From an uncultured candidate division Zixibacteria bacterium (GTDB lineage Bacteria > Zixibacteria > MSB-5A5 > UBA10806 > 4484-95): a stretch of DNA of 64,000 bases. The position numbers and the translations under genes were made by a program. Below, piece by piece: positions 28,514-38,822 of the stretch. The notes under the pieces were generated by a model. It saw only the letters and a program-made list of their open reading frames with translations. It was not told where the DNA came from and searched no databases. Positions within the stretch are counted from its first letter, which is position 1. Each line of letters opens with the position of its first letter. The stretch covers positions 384,001 through 448,000 of the forward strand of contig CAXXKA010000010.1 of assembly GCA_963668625.2 (NCBI GenBank). Reading direction: 5' to 3'.

Positions 28514-28792
28514 TACATTGGAGAAGGCATTTACTGTGTCAATATCGATGGCAATAATAACGATATCAGCGATATCTGCGAAGAGCAAGACACTTATGAT
28601 TACCTCCTCGGTGACGCCAACATGGCAGCCGGCTCGTCGCCGCCGAATGTAATCGGCGCGGATGTCACCTGCCTGGTACGATATTTCCGGGGCGCGAACG
28701 AATTACATTTCTGCCCGGATTATGAGCCAGCCTGGCAAAGCAGCGGTGATTTACCGTCCGAGGCTCCCTATGGTTGGCCGAACTGCGAATAG
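28514..28792 (+). pseudogene. Relic 3' end of a dockerin gene with an internal 108-bp deletion
   Basis: Reads YIGEGIYCVNIDGNNNDISDICEEQDTYDYLLGDANMAAGSSPPNVIGADVTCLVRYFRGANELHFCPDYEPAW...WPNCE*; no 5' part; the two VIGADVT halves are collapsed into one. Confidence 0.85.
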
Positions 28793-28892
28793 ACTCCTGA
28801 TTTGAGTAATTAAGCTCAGCTACTACTTCTTGAAAAGTGCTCTAACACTTTGACCTTGATTTACTAAGGGCGGCTCTGCAAAGGGCCGCCTT
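28793..28892 (+). repeat. Conserved post-dockerin trailer, copy 1 (with terminator hairpin)
   Basis: ACTCC...GAGTAATTAA...CTACTACTTCTTGAAAAGTGCTCTAACACTTTGACCTTGAT...GGCGGC...GCCGCCTT; also at 38551, 45367 and 52211. Confidence 0.85.
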
Positions 28893-29304
28893 ATTTGTTG
28901 ATATTAAAAACCACCGGTTTACCCGGTGTGCCCGTTTGAGGCGAAGTATTTGCAGAAAGTTTTATTATCAACAGCGACGGCTGAGTCTCTCAATAGCGTC
29001 ATTATCCTATATTTGATAATACCTCGGAGGGGGTAATCCAGTACGGCCTTTTCTTTTTATAAGACTATAATCTATTTCTATTAAGTTAGCTTATATGGAG
29101 GGTAAACAAAACGAAGCTTTTAGAATACGGTGGGATTACAAAATTGGAGTTTTGTGGCCAGTATAGCCGGCTTAAGCCGACAGTAGTTTACAACTAATAT
29201 AACAACAATAAGTTAGGAAGCTATCCGAATTTGATTTCTAGCGCGAAATTAAAGATAATAATATCTCATTTCGCTTATTCTCAAAATAGCTAATAAAAAT
29301 ATAC

Positions 29305-29373
29305 TTGACAAATATTTTGTATCTATTATTATAGTACTGTTGTTGTTCAACGGAACACAGAAAACCACAACAG
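29305..29373 (+). promoter_or_regulatory. Promoter and imperfect palindrome upstream of trmB-2
   Basis: TTGACA-16-TATTAT; CTGTTGT...TGTTC-AACG-GAACA...ACAACAG. Confidence 0.5.
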
Positions 29374-29377
29374 GAAG

Positions 29378-30319
29378 TTGAAGATGAAAAAGCTCACATT
29401 AGTAAATAAAATAAAGCAATTAGGTTTCAGCGACTATGAAACGAAGTGTTATCTGGCGCTGTGTGAAAGATCATCGATGTCTGTGAGCGAGATTTCCAAG
29501 CTGGCGGAAATTCCTCGTTCGAACGCTTATGAAGCGTTAGAGAAGCTTCTAATGAAAGGAATGGTAGTTTCGATTCCGGGTAAGAACAAGAAATTCGCGG
29601 CCTCGGAACCAGAGACATTTGCTATGAAAGCACTGGATATATTTAACACGAGCGCTCAGGATGAGATGGCGGCGCTTGAGCGCAAAATAAAAGAACTTCA
29701 AGATATAAAATTAAAAGAGATCAATGAGAGAAAAGATGCTATCAAAGCAAATCTCAATAGTATTGTTGGAGAGCTTGACAGTCTGTATAAAAGCAATCGC
29801 GGTAACGATAACCCACTCGATTATATAAAGATACTCAAAGATCCGTATCAGGCGGACAGGCTGTTCCAGAAATATTTTAGCGAATGCAAAGAGGAGGCGT
29901 TCGGTATTGTCAAACAGAGAGTTCAGGTTTTTACGGACTCGGTTTTGACCAAGAAATTAAGGGAGCAGATCAAAGCAGGGGCGAAGAATATAAAAAGAGG
30001 AGTAAAAGTCAGAAGTCTTTACGAAATTTTCGATGATAACGAAAGCAACAAATTGCTCTGCAAAGAGTTGATAGATAAATTCGATGATGCCGGAGAGCAA
30101 GTTCGAGTCAAAGCCAGTTTACCGATGAGAATGGCGGTTTTCGATAATAAAATTGCGATTTTTACTTTGATCGATCCCCAGACCCAAAATGATAAGTCAT
30201 CAACCGTGCAGATCGTTAAACATCCCGTATTTGCACAGTCGTTTAAAATCATGTTTGATGCTCTGTGGGATGAGGCGGAAGAATATAGTGAATTCAAAAA
30301 TAGAATGAAAATAGATTAG
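29378..30319 (+). CDS. TrmB-family transcriptional regulator (copy 2)
   Basis: LGFSDYETKCYLAL...SEISKLAEIPRSNAYEAL HTH; coiled coil; LPMRMAVFD...FDALWDEA. Confidence 0.9.
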   Translation: MKMKKLTLVNKIKQLGFSDYETKCYLALCERSSMSVSEISKLAEIPRSNAYEALEKLLMKGMVVSIPGKNKKFAASEPETFAMKALDIFNTSAQDEMAALERKIKELQDIKLKEINERKDAIKANLNSIVGELDSLYKSNRGNDNPLDYIKILKDPYQADRLFQKYFSECKEEAFGIVKQRVQVFTDSVLTKKLREQIKAGAKNIKRGVKVRSLYEIFDDNESNKLLCKELIDKFDDAGEQVRVKASLPMRMAVFDNKIAIFTLIDPQTQNDKSSTVQIVKHPVFAQSFKIMFDALWDEAEEYSEFKNRMKID

Positions 30320-30465
30320 TGAAGGAGGTAGTAGAGCGCCAGATCTAATGAAATCTCAGATGTTGGCCGCCGGCAGATATCGCTATCTACCGGGCGACCA
30401 AGCGAAATACGATGGTGCACCGGGCTGTACACCAATCACGAAATAAGTATTAAGGAGAAGCGGTA

Positions 30466-32196
30466 ATGAAAATGCAAGCATTTAAATCAAGAATAATTAA
30501 ACATTTGGGCCTCACAATAATAATAGCCGTTATGCTAGTGGCATTTTCCGGTATGGCAAGCGCCGATGCAGGAGATGTCGTTTGGTCTAATATACAACAC
30601 TATGTTGATATGGAAACACCGGCTGGTGATACGGTTTTTTTCCGATGTGTCGCGATAGATGAAACTACCGATGGTGGAAGTGTAGTTGCCGGTTATGCCG
30701 AAGCGACCTCGGTTTATAATGATGATCTGGCTTATATTATCAGGCTGGATCAATATGGAGACACTCTCTGGGTCCGTCATTTTGGCAGAGCGGATTATCA
30801 TTATAAATCCAGAGCGGTTATTGTCGAGCCTGATGGTGGATTTATCCTGGTCGGTGATATACGATCCCCATATTATGAAATACCTCCCTCATACTCCGAA
30901 ACTGGTGTTTTTATGATGAAGATTAACGCCGATGGTGATAGTGTTTGGTTTGGCCGCTATAATGATATTCCCGGAAAATACTACTACAATGTCAGGAATG
31001 TTTGCAAAACCTCCGATGACGGATATGTTTTATTCGGCAATACGATTAGAAAGCAAGAAGGGGGAGATCTAACCATGTGGGATGGTTTCATAATTAAAAC
31101 CGATTCTGATGGTAATGAGGAATGGACCAGGCACTATGAGGGGCCAGCCGACGAAGAAGATCCCCGCTGGGACAGGACTCATATAGTAGCACTTGCAGGT
31201 GATATCGCCAATGACGGTACATATTTATTAACCGGCTCCCAACAGACGGTTTATAGTGAGAATGGTGATAGGCTTTGGATATATGACAACGCCCTGGTAA
31301 TGAATATAGACGCCAACGGTGATACCATCTCGACTTTCAAGTATGGCATACATGATCAGGTTAAGGATATATGCGCGACCGCAGAAGGCGGTTATTTAAT
31401 AGGATTGATAAATAGGGATGTGTTCAGTGATGATGTTGCCGAGTTTATCGATCAGGCAACGGTCGTAAATGTTGATAATGCGAATAACGAGATCTGGCAT
31501 TACGACGTGCTTATGGATTCCGGTATTGATTCGGGTTATGACACTTCGAGTGTCGCCCGGTCGGTTGCCGAGATACCAGGCGGCGGATATTTATTAGCAG
31601 GACAGAAATTATTTTTTATTGAAGATTCCAGTCATCTGATACCTGTACGTACTAGTCAGCTTTTCATATCGGTTTTCGATAATGATGGTTCTTTGAAATT
31701 CACACGCCTGTATGAAGATGAATTCGGTAATTCAACCTTAAGACCATTTATTCCTTTAGATGTCAAGATAAAAGCGAACGGAAATTACCTCGTATGTGGT
31801 ACGTTCGAGTATTATGAGACTGAAGAAAACAGACTCATTTATCCCGCCGAGGGAATTGTAGTGGAATTGGAAGCCAGCACTGTTGGCATCGAGGATAACC
31901 AAACTTCCCAATTGCCCGAGCAGATATCTCTCATGCAGAACTACCCCAATCCGTTCAACGCCACCACGCAAATACAGTTCTCCCTGAATACATCAGATGA
32001 TGTCACGCTTTCGGTTTATGATTTACTTGGACGTAAGATTACCACGCTATACGATGGCGCCTTGAATGCCGGTACGCATAGCATTACCTGGAACGGCACT
32101 AATGAGTCGGGTGAGGTTGTAAGCTCGGGAGTATATTTCTACCGTTTGGAAACCTCCGAATCAACCACCAGCAAACAGATGCTTCTACTTAAATAA
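30466..32196 (+). CDS. Secreted beta-propeller-like protein with YPNPFN sorting domain (paralog 1 of 3)
   Basis: Signal peptide; repeated D..GDTLW / DGG...G units; C-terminal QNYPNPFN...SSGVYFYRL...MLLLK. Confidence 0.75.
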   Translation: MKMQAFKSRIIKHLGLTIIIAVMLVAFSGMASADAGDVVWSNIQHYVDMETPAGDTVFFRCVAIDETTDGGSVVAGYAEATSVYNDDLAYIIRLDQYGDTLWVRHFGRADYHYKSRAVIVEPDGGFILVGDIRSPYYEIPPSYSETGVFMMKINADGDSVWFGRYNDIPGKYYYNVRNVCKTSDDGYVLFGNTIRKQEGGDLTMWDGFIIKTDSDGNEEWTRHYEGPADEEDPRWDRTHIVALAGDIANDGTYLLTGSQQTVYSENGDRLWIYDNALVMNIDANGDTISTFKYGIHDQVKDICATAEGGYLIGLINRDVFSDDVAEFIDQATVVNVDNANNEIWHYDVLMDSGIDSGYDTSSVARSVAEIPGGGYLLAGQKLFFIEDSSHLIPVRTSQLFISVFDNDGSLKFTRLYEDEFGNSTLRPFIPLDVKIKANGNYLVCGTFEYYETEENRLIYPAEGIVVELEASTVGIEDNQTSQLPEQISLMQNYPNPFNATTQIQFSLNTSDDVTLSVYDLLGRKITTLYDGALNAGTHSITWNGTNESGEVVSSGVYFYRLETSESTTSKQMLLLK

Positions 32197-32217
32197 TATT
32201 TATCAGAAATAGATTCT

Positions 32218-32244
32218 GGGGCGTGGCACGGCCTGCCGTGCCCC
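32218..32244. repeat. REP-like palindrome
   Basis: GGGGCGTGGCACGGCCTGCCGTGCCCC; similar elements at 34095 and 35931. Confidence 0.6.
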
Positions 32245-32318
32245 GGTCAATAACTAGCGAGTAACAGGAATCCAGTTTCCTGATAGCGGAAATAACAGGA
32301 ACAAAAGAATAAACGCAG

Positions 32319-34073
32319 ATGAAAGGAGTATTTGTTGTGAAACAGATAACGCTTATTAAGGACAGAATGGATTTGTTGAAATTCTCCAGCCTGGCAGCTT
32401 TAGTGGCCCTTATGCTAGTGGCATTTTCCGGTATGGCAAGCGCCGATGCGGGAGATATCGTATGGTCAAGTATACAATATTATCTTGACATGGAGACACC
32501 GGTTGCCGATACCGTATATTTTGCATGTTCGGCTATTGATGAAACCATCGATGGCGGATGTGTGGTTGCCGGTTATGCCTCCGGGACCTCGATTTATAAC
32601 GATGATCTGGCATATATTATCAGGCTGGATCAATATGGAGATACGCTCTGGGTTCGCCACTTTGGCAGAACGAATTATCATTACGAAGCCAGAGCGATCA
32701 TCGCGGAATCGGATGGCGGATTTATCCTGGCAGGCGATATACTTTCCCCTTATTATGAAATACCTCCCGCAAATTACGAAACCGGCGTTTTCATGATGAA
32801 AATTAACGCTGATGGTGATAGCGTTTGGTTCAATCGCTATAACGATATTCCCGGAAAATACTGCTATAATGTCAGGAATGTTCGCAAAGCGCCTGACGGT
32901 GGTTATGCTTTGTTCGGCAATACGATAAAACTATTGATGAATACGGATAACATCAGCTGGGATGGTTTCTTGATTAAAACCGATTCTGACGGCAATGAGG
33001 AATGGACCAGACACTATGAGGGACCGGCAGATGAAGAAAATCCTAATTGGCTAAGGACTCATATAATAGGACTTGCCGGTGATATCGCCGATGACGGTAC
33101 TTATTTATTAGCCGGCTCCATACAAACTGTTTACAGCGATCCACGTTACGGAATGATGATATATGATAACGGCCTGGTACTAAGCATCGACGCCGCTGGT
33201 GACACTATCTCGACTTTCAAGTATGGCGAGCATGATCAGGTTAACGATGTTTGCGTGACCTCCGAGGGAGGTTATTTGATAGGATTGGTCAATAGGGACG
33301 TGTTCAGTGATGATGTTGCCGATTTTATCGATCAGGCTACGGTTGTTAATGTTGATGATGAGGATAACTATGTCTGGCATTATGATGCACTAATGGATTC
33401 CGGTATTGATTCGGGCTATGATACATCGAGTGTAGCCCAATCTATTGCCGAGATACCGGGAGGCGGATATTTATTAGCGGGATGGAGGTTTTATTTCAAT
33501 GAATCCCCCGAATCACCGTTGCCCGATATTGCCAGCCAGCTTTTCATATCGATATTCGATAATGATGGTTCTTTAAAATTCACGCGTCTTTATGAAGATG
33601 AATTCGGTAATTCAACCTTAAGACCATTTATTCCTTTAGATGTCAAGATAAAAGAGAACGGGAATTATCTCGTATGCGGCAGGCTGGAAGCGTATGAGCT
33701 TGATAACAGGCGCATTTATCCCCGCCAGGGAATCGTGGCGGAATTGGAAGCCGCCACTGTTGGCATCGAGGATGATCAAACTTTCCAATTGCCCGAGCAG
33801 GTATCGCTAATGCAGAACTATCCCAATCCGTTCAACGCCACCACGCAAATACAGTTCTCCCTGAATACATCAGATGATGTCACGCTTTCGGTTTATGATT
33901 TACTTGGCCGCAAGATTACCACGCTATACGATGGCGCCTTGAATGCCGGTACGCATAGCATTACCTGGAACGGCGCTAATGAGTCGGGTGAGGTTGTAAG
34001 CTCGGGCGTGTATTTCTACCGTTTGGAAACCTCCGAATCAACCACCAGCAAACAGATGCTTCTACTTAAATAA
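32319..34073 (+). CDS. Secreted beta-propeller-like protein with YPNPFN sorting domain (paralog 2)
   Basis: Highly similar to the 30466 protein along its length; start codon uncertain. Confidence 0.75.
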   Translation: MKGVFVVKQITLIKDRMDLLKFSSLAALVALMLVAFSGMASADAGDIVWSSIQYYLDMETPVADTVYFACSAIDETIDGGCVVAGYASGTSIYNDDLAYIIRLDQYGDTLWVRHFGRTNYHYEARAIIAESDGGFILAGDILSPYYEIPPANYETGVFMMKINADGDSVWFNRYNDIPGKYCYNVRNVRKAPDGGYALFGNTIKLLMNTDNISWDGFLIKTDSDGNEEWTRHYEGPADEENPNWLRTHIIGLAGDIADDGTYLLAGSIQTVYSDPRYGMMIYDNGLVLSIDAAGDTISTFKYGEHDQVNDVCVTSEGGYLIGLVNRDVFSDDVADFIDQATVVNVDDEDNYVWHYDALMDSGIDSGYDTSSVAQSIAEIPGGGYLLAGWRFYFNESPESPLPDIASQLFISIFDNDGSLKFTRLYEDEFGNSTLRPFIPLDVKIKENGNYLVCGRLEAYELDNRRIYPRQGIVAELEAATVGIEDDQTFQLPEQVSLMQNYPNPFNATTQIQFSLNTSDDVTLSVYDLLGRKITTLYDGALNAGTHSITWNGANESGEVVSSGVYFYRLETSESTTSKQMLLLK

Positions 34074-34094
34074 TATTTATCAGAAATAGATTCT

Positions 34095-34121
34095 GGGGCG
34101 TGGAACGGCCTGCCGTGCCCC
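34095..34121. repeat. REP-like palindrome
   Basis: GGGGCGTGGAACGGCCTGCCGTGCCCC. Confidence 0.6.
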
Positions 34122-34134
34122 AGTTTTAAAAAAA

Positions 34135-35913
34135 ATGAATATCTACCTAGGTGCTATGAAAGGAGAAGTAGCAATGAGAAAACAATTAATGAAAGCAGAA
34201 TTATTTAAAAGCTTGGGGATAATTTTCATATTTATCCTGATGCTATCAGCATTTTCGGGCACAGCCGGCGCCGATCCGGGAGATGTAGTATGGTCAAGCG
34301 TCCAATATTACAATGATCTTGACACTCAGCCGGGTGATACGATTTCTTTTAGTTGTACATCAATAGAGGAAACTCTGGATGGCGGATGTATCGTAGCGGG
34401 TACTGCAATTGGCCACCCCTCTTATTTTCGTAATAGAGCTTATTTGATGAGATTCGATGAAGCCGGTGATACTCTCTGGGTTCGTCATTATGGCTGGGAA
34501 AACTTTTATTATAACGCCAGCACGGTTATGGCCGAATCCGATGGAGGGTTCGTAGTAGCCGGCGATAAACAAACTCCCTTTTACGATTATCCACCTCCAA
34601 GCTATCCATGCGGCGTATTTTTGATCAAGGTTGATACTAATGGTGATACTCTCTGGACGCGAACCTATAATGATCCTTCTGGCGATTATAGGTTTTATGT
34701 CAGGGATGCCTGTAAAACCTCTGACGGCGGGTATGCTGTATTTGGTTTTACGATAAGTTTCGACCCGGACGCTTATTATAGCGAATTGTGGAGAGCCTTT
34801 ATACTTAAAGTCAGCGCTGATGGTACCGAGCAATGGCTGAGACAATATGAGCCGCCGATTGATAGTGACCCTAATTTTAGGGGCTCTTTAATGGTTGGCT
34901 TAAATGGAGCAGTAGCCGATGACGGCGGTTATGTTATAGCCGGTTCCAGTCAAATGTTCTATGTGGATTATAATCAAAATGTATGGTCTTATGATCACGC
35001 CACGGTATTGAAAGTTGATGCTGACGGTGATACTGTATGGACTTACAGGTATGGCGATCAAGACCAGATTTTTACTATTAACTCTGCCTCCGATGGCGGT
35101 TTCATTATCGGTGATATGAACAGAGATCTTTTAAGTCCCGATCTCAGCTGCCTTGTTGATCAAACCACAGTGATTAAAATTGATGGTTCAGGCAACGAGT
35201 CATGGCTTTATGATATCGCGCTTGATGGCTCCGGTGATTATCATACAGGAACTGATACCTCGGCGGTGCCCAGAGCAGTATGTGAGATTCCTGGTAATGG
35301 CGGGTATGTTTTAGCCGGTGAAAAGTTGTGGATGACTGACGAATCTCCCGGTAGTCCTGATCTGGATCAAAATAGCCAGCTACTTATAACGCTATTTGAC
35401 GGCAATGGCGATTTTAAAAGTATGCGCATATATGAAGAAGAGTATGGAAACCCAATTGAAATGGCGTTCTCGGCGCGGGATATTAAGGTTAAACGTAATG
35501 GGAATTATCTTATCTGCGGTAATTTAGAGGCTCTCATTCTTAGTGGCTATGTAGCCATTCCCTGCCGTGGTATTGTGACCGAGATCGAGGCCGTTACTGT
35601 TTCTATTGATGATGAGCATTCACTGGAATTACCCGAGCAGGTTTCTTTAATGCAGAACTATCCCAATCCGTTCAACGCCACCACCCAGATACAATTCTCG
35701 CTCAACACCCCAGATGATGTCACGCTCTCGGTATACGATCTACTCGGCCGCAAGATTACCACGCTATACGATGGCGCCTTGAATGCCGGTACGCATAGCA
35801 TTATCTGGAACGGCACTAATGAGTCGGGTGATGTTGTAAGCTCGGGCGTGTATTTCTACCGTCTCGAAACTTCGAAAAGCACACAAAGTCAACAGATGAT
35901 TCTTCTTAAATAA
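34135..35913 (+). CDS. Secreted beta-propeller-like protein with YPNPFN sorting domain (paralog 3, more divergent)
   Basis: Same repeat pattern and C-terminal domain; likely true start ATG at ~34174 after AAGGAG. Confidence 0.75.
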   Translation: MNIYLGAMKGEVAMRKQLMKAELFKSLGIIFIFILMLSAFSGTAGADPGDVVWSSVQYYNDLDTQPGDTISFSCTSIEETLDGGCIVAGTAIGHPSYFRNRAYLMRFDEAGDTLWVRHYGWENFYYNASTVMAESDGGFVVAGDKQTPFYDYPPPSYPCGVFLIKVDTNGDTLWTRTYNDPSGDYRFYVRDACKTSDGGYAVFGFTISFDPDAYYSELWRAFILKVSADGTEQWLRQYEPPIDSDPNFRGSLMVGLNGAVADDGGYVIAGSSQMFYVDYNQNVWSYDHATVLKVDADGDTVWTYRYGDQDQIFTINSASDGGFIIGDMNRDLLSPDLSCLVDQTTVIKIDGSGNESWLYDIALDGSGDYHTGTDTSAVPRAVCEIPGNGGYVLAGEKLWMTDESPGSPDLDQNSQLLITLFDGNGDFKSMRIYEEEYGNPIEMAFSARDIKVKRNGNYLICGNLEALILSGYVAIPCRGIVTEIEAVTVSIDDEHSLELPEQVSLMQNYPNPFNATTQIQFSLNTPDDVTLSVYDLLGRKITTLYDGALNAGTHSIIWNGTNESGDVVSSGVYFYRLETSKSTQSQQMILLK

Positions 35914-35930
35914 TTTTTAGCGCAAAATTA

Positions 35931-35956
35931 GTAGGGGCGCGGCATGCTATGCCCCT
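35931..35956. repeat. GTAG-type REP-like palindrome
   Basis: GTAGGGGCGCGGCATGCTATGCCCCT. Confidence 0.6.
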
Positions 35957-36031
35957 GAGACCATAAAAACAAGCATTTGAAACAAGAATGAATACGGTAA
36001 ACCAAATACCTAAGAACTTAAAAACAAACGA

Positions 36032-36144
36032 AATCAGGTTGAGAAAAAGCCGTTAGATGATTACTCACCTAACGGCTCCAGTAAGAAAAATCGGGAAAGC
36101 ACTCCCGACATTAATTAAGATACTAAAAATTCACCCTAAAACAA
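36032..36144 (-). ncRNA. Putative antisense small RNA B with its own promoter
   Basis: Minus-strand TTGTTT-16-TATCTT (36144-36117); hairpins TCGGGA/TCCCGA (36091-36108) and AGCCGTTAG/CTAACGGCT (36048-36077), then a U run. Confidence 0.5.
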
Positions 36145-36207
36145 GGCCTTAATTAAATCGATCGTAAGCAGGGGGGACGATCGAAATATAGGGCATAGTG
36201 AGGGAAA

Positions 36208-38550
36208 ATGAAAAAGCTATTTTGGGTAGTTTTTGTTATAGGACTGTGTTTAATTCTTAACAACACTGCCTCAGCCGATCCACCGGCAAATGATGATTGT
36301 GTTAATGCCGATGACGCCGGTACTCTAGTATCGGATTCAACGGTACAACTCAGCGGAAGTCTGATTGAGGCGACCCAGGACTGTATGAATAATTATTATG
36401 CCGAGGTCTGGGTAAAGTTTACACTCACCGATTGCATGGATGTTACCATAGATTTCTGCAACAATTCGATTGATGTTATGGAATTCTCCGATTATGTATT
36501 TGGTGAATGCCCATGCGGAGATATGACCTATCGTTCCGTTCAAAACTATTGCTCATCTAATTACAATTCAGCTTTAACCTGGTACGGTTTATCCGCAGGC
36601 ACATATTACTATTCAATCTGGTCTACGGGAAGTTCTGATTCTTACGTTGTTAATATAACCGGTACCGATTGCCCGGAAGCTCCAGTTAACGATGATTGCA
36701 CCAATGCTACCGCAGTGGGTGAGGTAACCGAGCTGGCCTATTCGACTCGTGGAGCATCATTTGATGGCGAAGGTTACTGCATGGACTCGCCGAATATCTG
36801 GTATGTATATACCCCGACATTTACCGGCAACATAAGGGTAACCGCGGATGCCAATTATGGCCCGAGAATCGCGGTTTATAATGGCGCCGATTGTTCGCCT
36901 ATCTCGAGTGAGATCGGCTGTTCCCCCGAAGGTATTTTAAGTTTCGCGGCTACGCTGGGCAATCAATACCTGATAGAGGTTGGCGGAATAGGGAGCAATA
37001 ACGGCGATGGCCTGTTAACCATAGAAGAAGCTCCGGAATCGCCTGACAACGATAACTGTGCTGATGCCGATGATGCCGGCACGCTTTCGGATGGTATACC
37101 CGTGCAGCTAACCGGTACGTTAGCCGAGGCTACTATCGATTGCCCGAGCTTATACTATCCTGAGGTTTGGGTTATGTTCACTGTCCCCGATTACATGCAT
37201 GTAACGATTGATTTCTGCGATCATCCAAGTGGAGTGGATATGTATAGCGTGGCCATGGGATTGTATATCGATTGCCCCTGCGGTGATGATATCAATTACA
37301 CTCAATTCGATAATTGCGGGAACGGCAATCCCTCTATGACCTGGCAATATCTGCCTGCAGGTACTTACTATTATCCGATCTTGAGCAGTTATTATATTGA
37401 TGACGCATATACGGTAAATATCGTTGGCTCGTTGAGTTCGACCCCGCCAACAGGCGCTTGCTGTGTCAGCGATTCGATGACCTGTGAAGTAGTCGACGAA
37501 TATACCTGCATGTATGTCATAGATGGCTCATGGAAAGGCGAGGGCACCGATTGCGGGACCTACGATGAGGAAACAGGTTGGTCTGGATGTGTCGATGTGG
37601 AACCGACTGGAGTTTGCTGCTATGATGGTGGTTTTAACTGTGCAGAAGGTGTCACGTTTGACGATTGCTATGAGGTGTTCTTCGGTGAATGGCGAGGCGA
37701 AGGTACAACCTGCGGTTTGCCGGATTCGACCGGTATCTATGAGGGCTGTCAAAGCTCGACACCCACAACAGGCGCTTGCTGCTATGACGACGGATATAGC
37801 TGCGCGGATGGTGTCACCGAAAGCGATTGCTACGAATTCTATATGGGCGATTATAAAGGCAATGGTACATACTGTGGCGAGATCGATCCTGTTTCAGGTA
37901 TGTACGAAGCCTGTATTGAACAATTGCCAGGCGCTTGCTGTTTCAATGATGGCATGAACTGTGAGATCGTCTCCTCCGAATTAGAATGTATTGATATGTA
38001 TGGCGGTACGTGGAAAGGCGAGGGTTCTACCTGCGGCGAATATGATTCAGTTGAGGGTTGGTCCGGATGTATCGAACCGCCAGTAGGTGCCTGTTGTTTG
38101 GAGGGCGGCACAATATGTCTTAATGATGCATCAGAGTTTGATTGTGTTAATGACTATATGGGTACCTGGATGGGCGAAGGTTCAGTCTGCGGCAATATTG
38201 ATCCAGTGTCCGGTGAGTACGAGGGCTGTCAGGTAAATGACGCTTACGAATACCTCCCCGGTGACGCCAACATGGCTGCCGGCTCGTGGCCGCCGAATGT
38301 AATCGGCGCGGATGTCACTTACCTGGTAAACTATTTCCGGGCTATCGCTGCGCCGTGTCTGGTCGGTGGTTTCTATAACTCGGCTGATGCTAACGGTGAC
38401 TGTTCGGTAATCGGTGCTGACGTTACCTATCTGGTACAATATTTCCGAGGCGCGAACGAATTGCATTTCTGCCCTGACTATGAACCAACCTGGCAAAGCA
38501 GCGGTGATTTACCGGCCGAGGCTCCCGATGGTTGGCCGAATTGTGAATAG
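36208..38550 (+). CDS. Secreted Cys-rich protein: 3 PPANDDC modules, 5 GACC repeats, dockerin
   Basis: Signal peptide; G(A/V)CC...W.G.G..CG repeats; invariant dockerin C-terminus. Confidence 0.8.
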   Translation: MKKLFWVVFVIGLCLILNNTASADPPANDDCVNADDAGTLVSDSTVQLSGSLIEATQDCMNNYYAEVWVKFTLTDCMDVTIDFCNNSIDVMEFSDYVFGECPCGDMTYRSVQNYCSSNYNSALTWYGLSAGTYYYSIWSTGSSDSYVVNITGTDCPEAPVNDDCTNATAVGEVTELAYSTRGASFDGEGYCMDSPNIWYVYTPTFTGNIRVTADANYGPRIAVYNGADCSPISSEIGCSPEGILSFAATLGNQYLIEVGGIGSNNGDGLLTIEEAPESPDNDNCADADDAGTLSDGIPVQLTGTLAEATIDCPSLYYPEVWVMFTVPDYMHVTIDFCDHPSGVDMYSVAMGLYIDCPCGDDINYTQFDNCGNGNPSMTWQYLPAGTYYYPILSSYYIDDAYTVNIVGSLSSTPPTGACCVSDSMTCEVVDEYTCMYVIDGSWKGEGTDCGTYDEETGWSGCVDVEPTGVCCYDGGFNCAEGVTFDDCYEVFFGEWRGEGTTCGLPDSTGIYEGCQSSTPTTGACCYDDGYSCADGVTESDCYEFYMGDYKGNGTYCGEIDPVSGMYEACIEQLPGACCFNDGMNCEIVSSELECIDMYGGTWKGEGSTCGEYDSVEGWSGCIEPPVGACCLEGGTICLNDASEFDCVNDYMGTWMGEGSVCGNIDPVSGEYEGCQVNDAYEYLPGDANMAAGSWPPNVIGADVTYLVNYFRAIAAPCLVGGFYNSADANGDCSVIGADVTYLVQYFRGANELHFCPDYEPTWQSSGDLPAEAPDGWPNCE

Positions 38551-38653
38551 ACTCCTTGATTCAAGTAATTAATCTTAACTACTACTTCTTGAAAAGTGCT
38601 CTAACACTTTGACCTTGATCTACGGAAGGCGGCCTTAACGGGCCGCCTTTTTT
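38551..38653 (+). repeat. Conserved post-dockerin trailer, copy 2, with intrinsic terminator
   Basis: Same ~100-bp sequence; AAGGCGGCC-TTAACG-GGCCGCCTTTTTT. Confidence 0.85.
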
Positions 38654-38743
38654 GTGTTAATTCAGGCAAAAATGTCAGATCCAGTTAAATTCTACCTATA
38701 CTCTAGCGTAAATAATGGTAATATAACGGGTTATAATTTTTAC

Positions 38744-38810
38744 TTGACAAAATTACAAATATAGTTAAATTAACGTTGGTAGTTGTCATATAGCATAACA
38801 GCAACTACTA
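38744..38810 (+). promoter_or_regulatory. Promoter and inverted repeat upstream of trmB-3
   Basis: TTGACA-16-TAAATT; TGGTAGTTG-N16-CAACTACTA at 38777-38810. Confidence 0.55.
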
Positions 38811-38822
38811 AAGGACTAAAAT

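Noticed and set aside
28905-29185. IS200/IS605-like end remnants (CACCGGTTTACCCGGTG hairpin)
   Set aside because: Only short hairpins, with no transposase fragment or second end that I can support.
38548-38620. Stop-codon read-through (Sec/Pyl) after the dockerin WPNCE
   Set aside because: The stop is TAG in two copies and TGA in two, and in the copies checked further in-frame stops follow within a few codons.
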